From: Antechinus flavipes
Lineage: Eukaryota
Assembly: GCF_016432865.1 (NCBI RefSeq)
Contig: NC_067399.1
Span: 621,984,001 to 622,048,000, forward strand
DNA: 64,000 bases
Reading direction: 5' to 3'
A program made the position numbers and the translations under genes. The notes beneath the pieces were generated by a model. It was not told where the DNA came from. It worked only from the letters and a program-made list of their open reading frames with translations, and made no database searches. Of the stretch, positions 49,246-60,925 are shown piece by piece. Each line of letters starts with the position of its first letter. The first letter of the stretch is position 1.

Positions 49246-50245
49246 CCTCTTTGTGTATATTAGACACATGATGAATGTTTTTTCCCCCTGAACCCAATTG
49301 AAGGAATGCCTGAGCATCTAAGGACCTCATCATCACATCTCTCCCCAGGTCTTGGATAAACCTGTTTAATAGCCACCAGCTGCTAAACCTCCTTTGAGGT
49401 CCTCCTGGGAGAACAGATTGGAGGATAGTGTTGGTATGGGAGGATATCGGCGTCTTTACCATCACCTCTTCCCCACTCCTCCTCTCCTCAGGTGGCTCAC
49501 ACTTCAATTTGGTGACTAGTAGAAGACTCAGTTATTTTTGCCCCTGGCTCCCACTTTGCCAGTCAGCCCTTCGGTGAACTTGAAAATGGGGAGGGATTGG
49601 GGAGAAGTGAGGATTGATAAAATCCAATAGCAAGACCCTGGGATAATCTTATCACATTATCTGTTTCCCTATAATTTCTAAATTCCTTACCTCACCCATT
49701 TACCTTGAATCCACAAGCCTAATGATTGAAAATTCTGAGAAGCTCTAGAAAGGATTTTTTTCCCCTTCCAGTTACTTAGTAGCTGAGAAGCAAAGAGACA
49801 GAGGATTACGCTCTTGACATCATATGATACAGGGGGTTACATATCTCTTTGATAACCTTCTCACAGTAGTGTTTTTAAATGCACAGGGTTACAAAGGAAG
49901 CCAATTATACTGTAATAAAATGATCTATTTATCTCTCTCTATTTATTTCTCTTATCTGTGTCTCATTGGACTCTGAGTTAATAATTCTAGATCTAATCTA
50001 ACTACGAAGATTCACTTCAGACAGAGACTCAGATGTTAAGTGACTTCTGATAAACAAATCTATTGTTCTTACAACCACTTCTTCCTCCTGCTCTCCCTTC
50101 CTCTGGTGATTGTGGGGTTAAAGGGGAGCCTTAGAAACTAGGAAAGATTCCCCCTTTTATTTCTCAAGTAAAATTATTGGTTCAGAGGTCCTGGAAATAA
50201 TCGTAGACTTCCGATAGCTCCAAAGGAAGAGACTGAACTGATTAC

Positions 50246-50320
50246 CTTTCAAACTTTTGAATGCATGGTTTGGACCATTATGGCAGCAAAGACCTTTCCG
50301 AGGTTTATTGCGTCTTGCAC
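50246..50320 (-). CDS. GPR15LG: GPR15LG/C10orf99 orthologue, exon 2 (75 bp): (G)ARRNKPRKGLCCHNGPNHAFKSLK(G)
   Basis: Acceptor gtctctccag|GT, donor AAAG|gtaatc, phase 1-1. Basic N-terminus, LCCH motif and LKG at the exon end parallel human RLCCHRVPSPNSTNLKG (recalled). Confidence 0.9.
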
Positions 50321-52482
50321 CTGGAGAGACATAAACAGAAACATTTCCATTCTGCAACAGGACTACTACACCTGTATGCACTCATAGTACATGTGTTCAC
50401 GTTCCATTAAATCAGATAGTGAAATTTCTAATTCTAAGCATTGGGTTTGAGACCTTAAATTACTTTCCCAAGTATTTAAAGAAAGATTTGATCCAAGATA
50501 TTCTGACTCCAAAATCAGGAACAATATTGTCTCCATTACAGCAGGCCCCAGGTAGTAAGGATGCATTGTCATGCATTTGGAGAGATAGAACATTAAAAAT
50601 CAAATAACTATAATGGCATATGATTAAGTATTTAATGAAAAGTAGAGCTAATAAATGCTTTCTAGCTTGAGGAGAGAGCTTGTGGGCTGGGGTAATCATG
50701 TAGGCAGACTTTCTGCCATCTCTTGTTGGAAGATTTAGAAAAGTTCTCACTCATTGACAATGAAAACTTTCAGGGACCTGAAATTAATTTTTTCTCCTTC
50801 CCTCTACCATTCCTCCTCATGCCCTCAAGCATTAAAGATTAAACTTAGCAAAAGCTGGGTTTTTCTGAAAGGCAACAGGATGCCATATTGTCCGCCTCTT
50901 TCCTTGGCCTCTCATGACAAATTTCTAGCTCTTAAATATGCACACCTTTTCTCTCAGCTAAGACAATGAATTAGGAGTCAAAGGGATTTTCATTTTCATT
51001 TCCTTTTTCAGGAATGGAGATTATAATAAACACATACATTCCCTGTGTGGACAAGCTGGGAAGCTTTCTGCAGGCACAATATATTCCTACATTTACAGAA
51101 CTGAATTTCACAGACATAGAATTTGAAAAAAGTCAGAATTTTTAGACAGCAGATTGGTATGATGGTGAAAAAATTGACCCCCGGGTGAGAAAACCCTGCC
51201 TCTATAATTCTGTCATGTAATGTCTTGGTGCTTCAGACACCTCTGTCAGATAGCCCATTGTCAATCTGCATTGGTAGAGGATGCTTTCCTGCCTGAAGTC
51301 TCCAAACTAAGGATGTCACAAGTCTGAACAAAAACAACAACAAAAAAATCTTCTTGCCTATATATCATTCATTCCAGGTTGAAAAAGACTCAGTCTGGCA
51401 ACTAGACTGGTGAGAAACCTTGGAATCCAGACAGACAGCTCTTCAGATCACAGGGAGGCATGAGAATTCAATCTCTATATCCAAAGTTCGAAATATTCCA
51501 TTTTTAAAGGACTCTCAGAGTCTAGAAGTAGTGCCGTTATCTTGGACAAGTCGGACAATTTCTTACTGTCCCTTTACTCTTTTCCCAAGCTTTTTGTTGG
51601 TGGAAGTTTGTGTTATGTCTTAGGTAAAAGTCTAAGTTATGCTTAAGATTAGGGACCTGGTAGATGCTTAGAAGCTTCAGAAGATGACGTATACATGGCT
51701 ATGATTCACTTAAAGAATCCCTAACTGAACTCAAAGTCTAGCCCACTTGGATGCTTGCCTCTGGAAATGTCTGAAGAATGGTCCAGGTGATTCCTTGAGC
51801 CCCTAACAATAACAGGCAGTTTTTGTACCCAGAGTAAGGACCACAAACCACAGCAAGATCCAATTACATGAAGCTCACTTTCAGCTAAGTTATGTTGTGT
51901 TGAATTAATCATCATGCAGCCTTTGTAAGGGATGCTATGGGGGACCAGGGAATGGGGAGATGAAGGACATGCTGGTATTCTACCTATTGTTGGGAGGCTG
52001 ATATACAGGGAGAAATGATGTTAGGGCTGGCAGAAGATGGAAAAGGATAGAGTCAGGTCAAAAAAGGAGCTGCCCTCAATCAATTCATTAATCATTATAA
52101 TAATACATTATACACATTAATATATAATATTATATACAATATGTTATGTTATAGGAATATTATATGTAACATATATCATATATTAAATAATGTAATTATA
52201 TAATAATAAATAGTTATTATGTGCCTACTATGTGGCAGTCACAGTGTTAAGCACTAGAGATACAAAAAGAAGCAAATGACAATCCTTACCCTCGAGGACT
52301 CCCATCGGAAAGTTTTCTATTTCAACTATTCTTAAAGACTGCAAGTGCTGTTAATACCTTTTAATATGGGTAGCCTGGGACAAAACTCCAGTTGTTCCAC
52401 CCTAGTTATGCCTTTGTCCCCAAAGGCCAACTGAAAGAGAAATTACAGCCTTACCCCCCACTTTCCCAAAGAAAGGCCATAC

Positions 52483-52552
52483 CTTCTGTAGAGAAGGCCA
52501 ACAAACACAGGAACAGGATATACAGGAGACTGGTGAAGTTGGGGAATTTCAT
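52483..52552 (-). CDS. GPR15LG: GPR15LG/C10orf99 orthologue, exon 1 (70 coding bp), signal peptide MKFPNFTSLLYILFLCLLAFSTE(G)
   Basis: ATG at 52552 (gccccagcATGa), donor GAAG|gtatgg in phase 1. Aligns without gaps to the recalled human signal MRLLVLSSLLCILLLCFSIFSTEG. Confidence 0.92.
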
Positions 52553-52617
52553 GCTGGGGCTATCAGGTGCTCTCAGTCTGGGCAATAGTGTGGATCAGCA
52601 GGCTAAAACTGTCAGCC

Positions 52618-52687
52618 TTTAAATACCAGCAGACTTGTGTCTTAGTGTGGGTGTGGAGGTGCCCTTTGTATTTTCCCTCAGGGAAAA
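52618..52687 (-). promoter_or_regulatory. GPR15LG core promoter: TATA box, KLF CACCC box and a 17-bp palindrome
   Basis: TATTTAAA on the minus strand at 52618-52625, about 66 nt upstream of the ATG. CCACACCC at 52649-52656. TTTTCCCTCAGGGAAAA at 52671-52687. Confidence 0.65.
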
Positions 52688-52899
52688 CTCAACTCCTCCC
52701 AAGAGAGAAAGTGCCAGCTGGATGGGGAAAAACTGGTCCATATTATACCCGTACATCCCAGAGGCCTCCAGGTGAAACTGGCTCAGGATGTCAGGAAATT
52801 ACTGGCATGGGAGTAGGCCACATCTAAAGTGTAAAGGTGTACATTTCTGCCTAGAGACAATTAGTATCTCAGGGTTGAACTTTAGCATCAATTATAGCT

Positions 52900-53040
52900 A
52901 AGCAAATGCGGATTCTCTTTTTTATGACCTAGATGGCGAGATAAAGAGATGGTTAGATGAAGGACAATAAATTCTTGCAACAAGGTTTGCAGATAGCAAA
53001 GGATTGGGGAAAAGATGATACCTTAGATTCTAACTAATAG
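52900..53040 (+). mobile_element. L3/CR1-like LINE remnant just upstream of the GPR15LG promoter
   Basis: ttttatgacctagatg...aaggtttgcagatagcaaaggattgggaaaag resembles the CR1 RT FADDTKLG region. Highly degenerate. Confidence 0.45.
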
Positions 53041-53289
53041 TTGGGTCTTTTTTGACTATCACTGTATAGAACACTTGAGGAAAGATGGCCTTGGAGTATA
53101 CAGTGTGGTGGAGTGAGCTTCTTTTGGGTCAATTGCCATGGAAAGAATCACAAAATTTGTGAGATAAAGCAACTCCAGTGATTTCAGTATCAAGTTCAAC
53201 CCATATAGCAGAAATCCCTGCTATGATCTAAATGAGTCAATTAGTCAATAAGCCTTTATTGTGGTCTAGGAAATGTGTGAAGTGCTGGT

Positions 53290-53462
53290 TGTAGAAAGGA
53301 AGGAAGATGAAAAGAAGAAAGAAAGAAGGAACAAGGGAAGAAAGGAATGAAGAAAAGAAGGAATAAGGAAAGAATGAAAAAGGAAGAAGGAAGGAAGGAG
53401 AGATAGAAGAGAGGAGAAAGAGAAGGGAGGAAAGAAAAAAGAAGGAAAAAGGAGGGAAGGAA
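53290..53462. repeat. (GAAA/GGAA)n purine-rich simple repeat
   Basis: Visible low-complexity tract. Confidence 0.9.
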
Positions 53463-55004
53463 CATATTACCCTCCTCCATACCAGTTTTTGCTTTCAAGG
53501 AGCCTATATTTTAAGGGTAGGGGGACAATATGTAAATAGCTGTGTGAACCTCTGCTTGGAGATTTCCAAAAAGGGAGAACCCATGACCTCTCTAGGTTAC
53601 TTATTTCACTTTTATGCATATCTGATTCTTTCTGGCATCAATGCTAAGTCTTTGGAACTTCTACCCATTGAAGGTGGTTCTGCCTTTAGATCAAACAGAA
53701 AGTCTAATCTCTCTTCCATATGACAGCCCTTCACATATTTTAACTCAGCTATTATGTCTGCTCCTGCTCCTTCCGTCTTTTTTTCTCTAAGAAACCTCAG
53801 TTTCTTCAACAAATATCAGATAAATGGCTGACCCTTCACCTTTCTGGTTGCTCTGCCTAGAAGCATGGCTCCCCTGCTTTCTGCCTAACCTCATAGCCCA
53901 GGGATTTATAACTTCTGGGTTGTGAACCGCTTGGATGGAGGAGGACCATAGAATTATTGTGAAGAGTTTATATCTGGTCATGTATTTTCTCAATCAATGG
54001 CTATTAACAGAATTAATACCATCTGAAGTATCTGATGTCTTAACCCAAAAGAATGACTAATGGTCGAGGCAAAGGATATTAGATTTGGGAGGGGCTAGAC
54101 ATGAGCTAATCCAATTTACTCTCTTATTTTACAGGTTAAGAAACTGAAGTTCTGAGAGGAAAAGTCGGCTAGGTCTGGAAGATTGATCCGGTAAAAAGAA
54201 TACAGCTCTATGGACCTGACTTCAACTTCCATCTTTGAAGTTATCAACTGTGGGATCTAGGGCAAGGAGTTATTCCCTTATTTCTCAATGATAAAACCGA
54301 GGGTTTGGACTTAGCTGGATTCTCATCCTTCAGACTCTACATCCTATGAGTTGTGAAGATCACACAGGTAAGATGTGACAAAGTTAGAACCTGAGCTTCT
54401 TGATCCCCAGCTATCACATTTAGCTTCACCTCTTGGGGCCCATCCTCAGATTCTACAGACCTGCCAATCATTCTTCCTGTAGGCATTTCTATGGGTCACA
54501 TGCTAAAATTCAGGGATAGCCAGGGCCAAGAAAGAAAGCATTTATTAAGTATCTACTGTGTGTCAGGCACTGTGCAAAGCACTTTACAAATGTTTCATAG
54601 CCCAGGAAGTAGATGCTATTATTATCTTCATTTTACAGTTGGGAAAATTGAGGTGAATGAAAGTCACCAGACTTTGAATTTTGTCTTCCTGACATCAGGC
54701 TGTGGATTCCATTGACTGGGTCATCTAGCTTTCTCAGCCCTGGATGATATATAGATGGCATGGCAGGCAGGCTTTGTATTAGGAGTTGCAAGATAACAAA
54801 ATCTCTCTCTCAAATGAAAAAAATGTCTCCTTCTTCAGTTTGACTCAATGCTGAATTTTCTGCTATTAATATTCTTTTGAGTCAAGGCATTGGAAACATA
54901 TAAATATGCAGATATGTTGGAGGAGTAATCCACTTTATATGTAACACAATTTAGTTTTATAATTATAATTTAGTTTTTAGCTCACACACATTCTAATTTT
55001 ACAG

Positions 55005-55235
55005 ATAGGTGATACAGTGGATAGAGTGTTGGATCTGAAGTCAGGAAGACTCATCTTCCTGAATTCAAATCTGGTCTCAGACACTTAATGCCTGTGTGAT
55101 CCTGGCTAAGTCACTTTACCCTGTTGACCTGTTTCTTCATCTATATTATGCTAGAGAAGGAAATGGCAAACCACTACAGTTTCTTTGCCAAGAAAATTCC
55201 AGATGGGGTCAGAGTTAGACAGGACTGAAGAAGAA
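55005..55235 (+). mobile_element. MAR1-type SINE
   Basis: gataggtgatacagtggatagagtg...gagaaggaaatggcaaaccactacagtttctttgccaagaaaa. Confidence 0.75.
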
Positions 55236-55976
55236 CAAGTCTCTAATGTAGAACACAGTGAGGGCACATAGAAGGTTCTTAAAAAATGCTTGTTAATTGA
55301 TTGAAAACACTTGATTTTAACATAAAGCAGCTCAACATTCAGATTTTACTGTCTTAAAAAGAATTTATTTCCTGCTCAAAGTATTATCACAATGAACTTA
55401 TAGGTGTTTGTTTCCAAGGGTTAGCAAGGAAGTCAGCTGTTATTAATGTGAACTCAACACAAAGAGCTAGTTTTAAAATCACACTCTTCCTGAGTGTTCA
55501 CTGTAAGAACTTCAGACACAGTAGGATCAAAGAGAGTTACAATGGCGTCAATTAACATCTCTGAAACTCAAAGGCACATTGTGGATCCAAGGTGTGTAAT
55601 AATGTCTGATTGATGGCTCTTCTCCAATCTATTCTGAACACCAATGCCAAACAGATTGACCTCTTTCATCCTGTTGCTTCCCAGTTAAAGACATTGAGTA
55701 TGACTCCTTACTTCCTTAGAGAATTCAAACATTTCTGCTTTACTTTTGAGACTCTTCATCATTTGGACCCATCCTAGATCTGAAGTTTTGTCTACTCCTT
55801 ATAATTACATACATTCCACTTCAGAGAAACTTCTTCCCATTATCCCTTGCAGCTGTTGAGCTTAGTCCTTACCTTTCTTCTTAGTCCTTACCTTTGTTTC
55901 TGTCTTTCCTTTTACTTAGAATAATTTCATTTTTTTTCTCTATTTAAAGCTTTCATCTTTAAAATTATGGGGTATC

Positions 55977-56108
55977 NNNNNNNNNNNNNNNNNNNNNNNN
56001 NNNNNNNNNNNNNNNNNNNNNNNNNNNNNNNNNNNNNNNNNNNNNNNNNNNNNNNNNNNNNNNNNNNNNNNNNNNNNNNNNNNNNNNNNNNNNNNNNNNN
56101 NNNNNNNN
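55977..56108. other. Assembly gap (132 N)
   Basis: Run of N. Confidence 0.99.
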
Positions 56109-56714
56109 TTCCTTCATAACTTCCCTGACCACTCTAGGCTATGGTAGTTTCCCTCTTTTCTCAAAGTTAAGTGTTTACATCTCACAGTTTAGCACAGATA
56201 TATGTGATCTGCAGAGCTAGCTATTGTTTCATGCATATGTGACTAGTTTCTCAAGCTGAATTGTAAATTCCTCGATTAAGTGAAGAACAGTGTCTTATAA
56301 GTCTCCTAGACATGCTCTCAGGGTGATCTGGTACCTGGTAAGTAATAGAATAAACCTTAACCAAAGAATAACTAATTTAGAAGTATTTAATTGCAAGTAG
56401 AGTTAGATAGTCTGCTTAGCATGAAATTGAATATCCAAGTCAAGAAAGAAAGTCAGAAATGGATTGTGGAATTTATAAGAATTTATAAGAAGGCACCTTA
56501 AGGTCCTTAGCCCCACGATTTCATTTTATGGATGGGGAAACAATCCTTGGAATGCCATTATTGACATCCTTTAGGATTTTTTTGGGGGGGTCTAATATTT
56601 AACCGTGTCTGCCTCTATTTAGCTGCATTTCTCTTCATCCCATTCTATTCACTAATCAACCAAAAGTAGTAGGAGATATGAAAAAAAAATACAGAACTAT
56701 GGAAAAATAAGAGT

Positions 56715-56950
56715 AGGTAGATGGTGCCATAGTGCAAAGCATGCTGGACCTGAAGTCAAGAGGACCTGATTTCAAATCTAGCCTCAGACACTTACTAGCT
56801 GTGTGACCCTGGGCAATTCACTTAATCCTGTTTGTCTTACCTGTAACCCTATTTCCTCATCTGTAAAAGAGCTGAAGCAGTGTCTTTGCCAAGAAAACCC
56901 TAAATGGGGTCATAAAGGGTTGAATATGACTAAAAAACCAAAACAACAAA
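56715..56950 (+). mobile_element. MAR1-type SINE
   Basis: gtagatggtgccatagtg...gaagtcaagaggacctgatttcaaatctagcctcagacacttactagctgtgtgaccctggg...ctttgccaagaaaaccctaaatggggtc. Confidence 0.8.
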
Positions 56951-57273
56951 ATGAAAGACTAAAACTTGACTTGTCAGATGGACATTGCTCTGCTCTAGGG
57001 AAGATTATTTTACTAATTATCTCTTTCTAGTCTATGTCTCTTCCTTTGGCTTTCACAGTTCTACACTTGCTTCTTTCTCTTATTTCTTTGATCTTTCCTT
57101 TTCTATCTCTACTGGCTACTTCTTTTCATCTTATTTGCCCAAAGTTCATAATTGAACCCCTTCTTTTTTCTCTATACCATTTTCCTTGATGAGCTCATCC
57201 GTTCTCATAGTTTCAATCATCTATGTGATAATTCTAAAATTTCTTGAGTTCTAGGCTCTATGCTAAAATTTCA

Positions 57274-58145
57274 AACTATAGATTTCAAGTTACAGTGTGT
57301 CTGACTATGGCTAATCAGACCAATATGAGCTCAGAATGATCTGCCACAGGTCAGCCACAAGTAGTCCATGCGAACATTTGGGGTGGATTCTCTAATTTTG
57401 CACATCTCCCACTTCTTTTGAGCTATTGTACTCTGCTATGCTCATAGAACACAGCATCTCAGATGAGATACTCCATGGTGGGTGATCCTGTGCTTGTGTC
57501 TCTCATGTCACACAATCAATTCTTGAGAGTATCCTTCTGTTACTTTTTCTGACAACCACATGAGTACTTGACCTGTGTGAGTTCTACATAAAATAAGTCT
57601 TTTTGGCAAGCGTGCATTTGACATTTGAACAATGTGGTCAGCCAAACAGAGCTGTGCTCTCTGTAGTAGAGGTGGAATGCTTGGCAGTTCAGTTCAAGAA
57701 GGACCTCTGTGTCTGGCATCTTCTCCTGCCAGATGATCTTCAAAATCTTCCCGAGATAATTCAAATGGAAGTGATTTTGTTTACTGACAGGCGCTGGCAA
57801 ACGGTCCATGTGAAATGAGGTCAGAACAACACTCTGTAGACCTTCAGTTTGGGAGTCAGTCTAATACTTCTCCTTTCTCTCACTTTCCTTTGGAACCTCC
57901 CAAACACTAAGTTAGCTATGGCAATGTGTACATCAACCTCATTATCAATGTGGACACCCCTGGAAAGTGTACCCCCCAAATCAGTGACCTTATCCACAGC
58001 ATTTAAAACTTCTCCATTTGCTGCAACCAATTGTTTCACATATGGCTGATGGAATACCTGTGTTTTCTTGACTCTAATATAGTGATATCATTTTGGTCCT
58101 CTGAGGATAAAGGACAGCAACCAACCAACCAACTATAACTTTCAA
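57274..58145. mobile_element. RTE-clade LINE fragment with 5' inversion: body on - (about 57285-58070), terminal tail on + (about 58067-58130), 15-bp TSD
   Basis: Minus-strand ORFs 57821..58039 (ANGEVLNAVDKVTDLGGTLSRGVHIDNEVD) and 57540..57809 (HLNYLGKILKIIWQEKMPDTEVL) are RTE RT C-terminal sequence. The + strand tail ends in (CAAC)n. TSD aactata(ga/ac)tttcaa at 57274-57288 and 58131-58145. Confidence 0.85.
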
Positions 58146-58718
58146 TTAACTTTCCCTTCTTATTGGATACTCTCTTTTCTCTTAGCTTCAGAGAGTTGGT
58201 TAAGCTCTAATATTTCTAGCTCTGATATTTCTAATAAGCTTCTAATATTTTCTGTTTGATTTGACTGGCTCCTCATTCTCTTTTTGACCTCTTTAAATGA
58301 ATATGAAGGAAATATATTTGATTTTTTTTTTTTTACATTCTCTCCTTTGGCAATTTCATTTTGATCCCTCCATTCCAACTACCATATCTTTGCAGATGAA
58401 TCTCAAATTTATATTACCATACCCAACTTACCCTTTCAACCAGCTGCATAACTTCTCTAGTGAGCGTCCCACTTACACCTCCAATTCATGCTTACTATTT
58501 TTAACTGTAGTAGAATCCTATACATACTGTCTCCCATGTTTATAATCTTGTATTAAATTATTTTTCTCCCTCCACTTTCAGAGTCAATAATTTACTAGGC
58601 TCTCTGTTTCATCTCTGCAGTATCTCTCATACCTGCCCCTTTCTCTTTATTTTCCCAGCTTGTACCTTGGTATATAGGCCTCTATTATCATTTGCATAGA
58701 CAATTGCAATTGGTTCTT

Positions 58719-60110
58719 TTTTTAAACTTAATTTTTTTCTTCTTTTTTTTAATTAAAGTTTTTTATTTATAAAACACATGCATGGGTAATTCTTCACCAT
58801 TGACCCGTGCAAAGCCTTTTGTTCCAAATTATCCCTTCCTTCTCCCCACTCTTTCCTCTAAATGGCAGGTAGTCCAATACATGTTGAATGTGTTAAAATA
58901 TGTTAAATCAAATATATATATATACATATTTAAATAGTTGTCTTGCTGCACAAGAAAAATCGGATCAATAAGGAAAAAAAACCTGGGAAAGAAAACAAAA
59001 TGCAAGCAAATAACAACAGAGAGTGTCTGAATGCTATGTTGTCTTCCATCTCTCTGTGGGTGTAGATGGCTCTATCCATCATTGAACAAGTAGAATTGGT
59101 TTGAATCATCTCATTGTTGAAGAGAGCCACATCCATTAGAATTGATCCTCATATAGTCTTGTTGTTGAAGTATATAATGATCTCCCAGTTCTGCTATTTC
59201 ACTTAGCATCAGTTCATGTAAGTCTTGCCAAACCTTTCTGAAATCATCCTGCTGGTTATTTCTTACAGAACAATAATATTCCATAACATTCATATACCAC
59301 AATTTACCCAACCATTCTCCAACTGATAGACATCCACTCAGTTTCCAGTTTCTGACCACTACAAAAAGGGCTGCCACAAACATTTTTGCACATGTGGGTC
59401 CCTTTCCCTCCTTTAAGATCTCTTTGGGGTATAAGCCCAGTAGAAACACTGATGGATCAAAAGGTATCCACAGTTTGATAACTTTTTGAACATAATTCCA
59501 AATTGCTCTCCAGAATGGCTGGATCCATTCACAATTCCACCAACAATGTATTAGTGTCCCAGTTTTCCCACATCCTCTACATTTGTCATTATTTTTTCCT
59601 GTCATCTTAGCCAATCTGGGGTGTGTAGTGGTACTTCAGAGTTGTCTTAATTTGCATTTCTCTGATCAATAGTGATTTGGAACAGCTTTTCATATGACTG
59701 GAAATAGTTTCAATTTCTTCATCTGAAAATTGTCTGTTCATATCCTTTGACCATTTATCAATTGGAGAATGGTTTGAATTTTTATAAAGTTGAATCAATT
59801 ATTTCTAAATTTTGGAAATGAGGCCTTTATCAGAACCTTTGAATGTAAAAATGTTTTCCCAGTTTATTCTTTCATTCTAATCTTGTCTGTATTACTTTTG
59901 TTTATACAAAAAAAAACTTTTTAACTTAATATAATCAAAATTTTCTATTTGGTGATCAATAATGATCTCTAGTTCTTTGGTCACCAATTTCTTCCTCCTC
60001 CACAGATCTGAGAGGTAAACTAGTCTATGTTCTTCTAATTTGTTTATAATATCATTCTTTATGTCTAGATTATGAATTCATTTTGACTTTATTTTGGTAT
60101 ATGGTGTTAT
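58719..60110 (-). mobile_element. 5'-truncated L1 (about 1.4 kb) inserted into an L2 element
   Basis: ORF 59111..59614 (CGKTGTLIHCWWNC...LYPKEILKEGKGPTCAKMFVAALFVV) is the L1 ORF2p cysteine-rich C-terminus. TSD gttctt at 58713-58718 and 60111-60116. L2-like sequence continues on both sides. Confidence 0.92.
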
Positions 60111-60834
60111 GTTCTTGAGAGGAGGTCTTCCTGTTTCCATTCTTTAAATCTTACAGGTCATACCAGAAAAATCTTTCTAATGTATGGATTTGATCATATC
60201 ACTCTTTGTTGACTCTTTATTATATTCCTAGTAAAGTTCAGATTGTTCTGCCTGACATACATTTATTAAGCTCCTGTGCCAGGCACCATATTAAATACCG
60301 GGGATGCAAAAAGAGGCAAAGGACAGTCTGAATCCTTATGGAACTTTTATAATCTAATTATATCTATATTATGTATCTATACTATATATGACACTCTACT
60401 TATAATGTTTTTGGTGATCTCATCAACTCATATTGCTATGTGGATTTAAATAACATTTCTATATTGGGGATTTCCAGGTCTATGTATCTAATCATAATTT
60501 CTTTCCTGAATTCTCAACATCATCAGCTGTCTATTGGACATTTTGATCTGTAGGATAAGAATCTCAAACTTAACAAGTTGAAACAAAACTCATCATCTTT
60601 CCTCTCACATCTATCCCTCTTAAATTTAAGATCATAGATATATATAGAGCTGGACTCAGAAGTCATGTAATCTAACTTCTCATTCAGAAAAAAACTGAAT
60701 CCCAAAGTGGTTGAAATCACACAGGTGACTGATATATTAAGTGCCAATAAATTGATCAATTGAAAAGATATTAAATATACTTTAGGAAAGGAGTTATGGA
60801 TCTCTGGAATGAAGGCTGATGGATTAAGATGCTT

Positions 60835-60925
60835 CATATTCAAACCTGGCCTCAGACAATTAACTCTTTTTGGCTATATGATCCTGGGCAAATCATTTAA
60901 CCAATTGCCTCAGGAAAAAAAATTA
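60835..60925 (+). mobile_element. WSINE1-type SINE, 3' portion
   Basis: ttcaaacctggcctcagaca...atcctgggcaaatcatttaaccaattgcctcagg plus A-tail. Confidence 0.7.

Noticed and set aside
55860-56490. Short tandem duplications (cttagtccttaccttt x2 at about 55861, gaatttataa x2 at about 56470, similar at about 44790)
   Set aside because: Ordinary slippage or repair microduplications. Not CRISPR-like, as there are no spacers or regular arrays.
59111-59798. 167-aa and 63-aa ORFs
   Set aside because: L1 ORF2p C-terminal fragments with no endonuclease or RT core and no 5'UTR.
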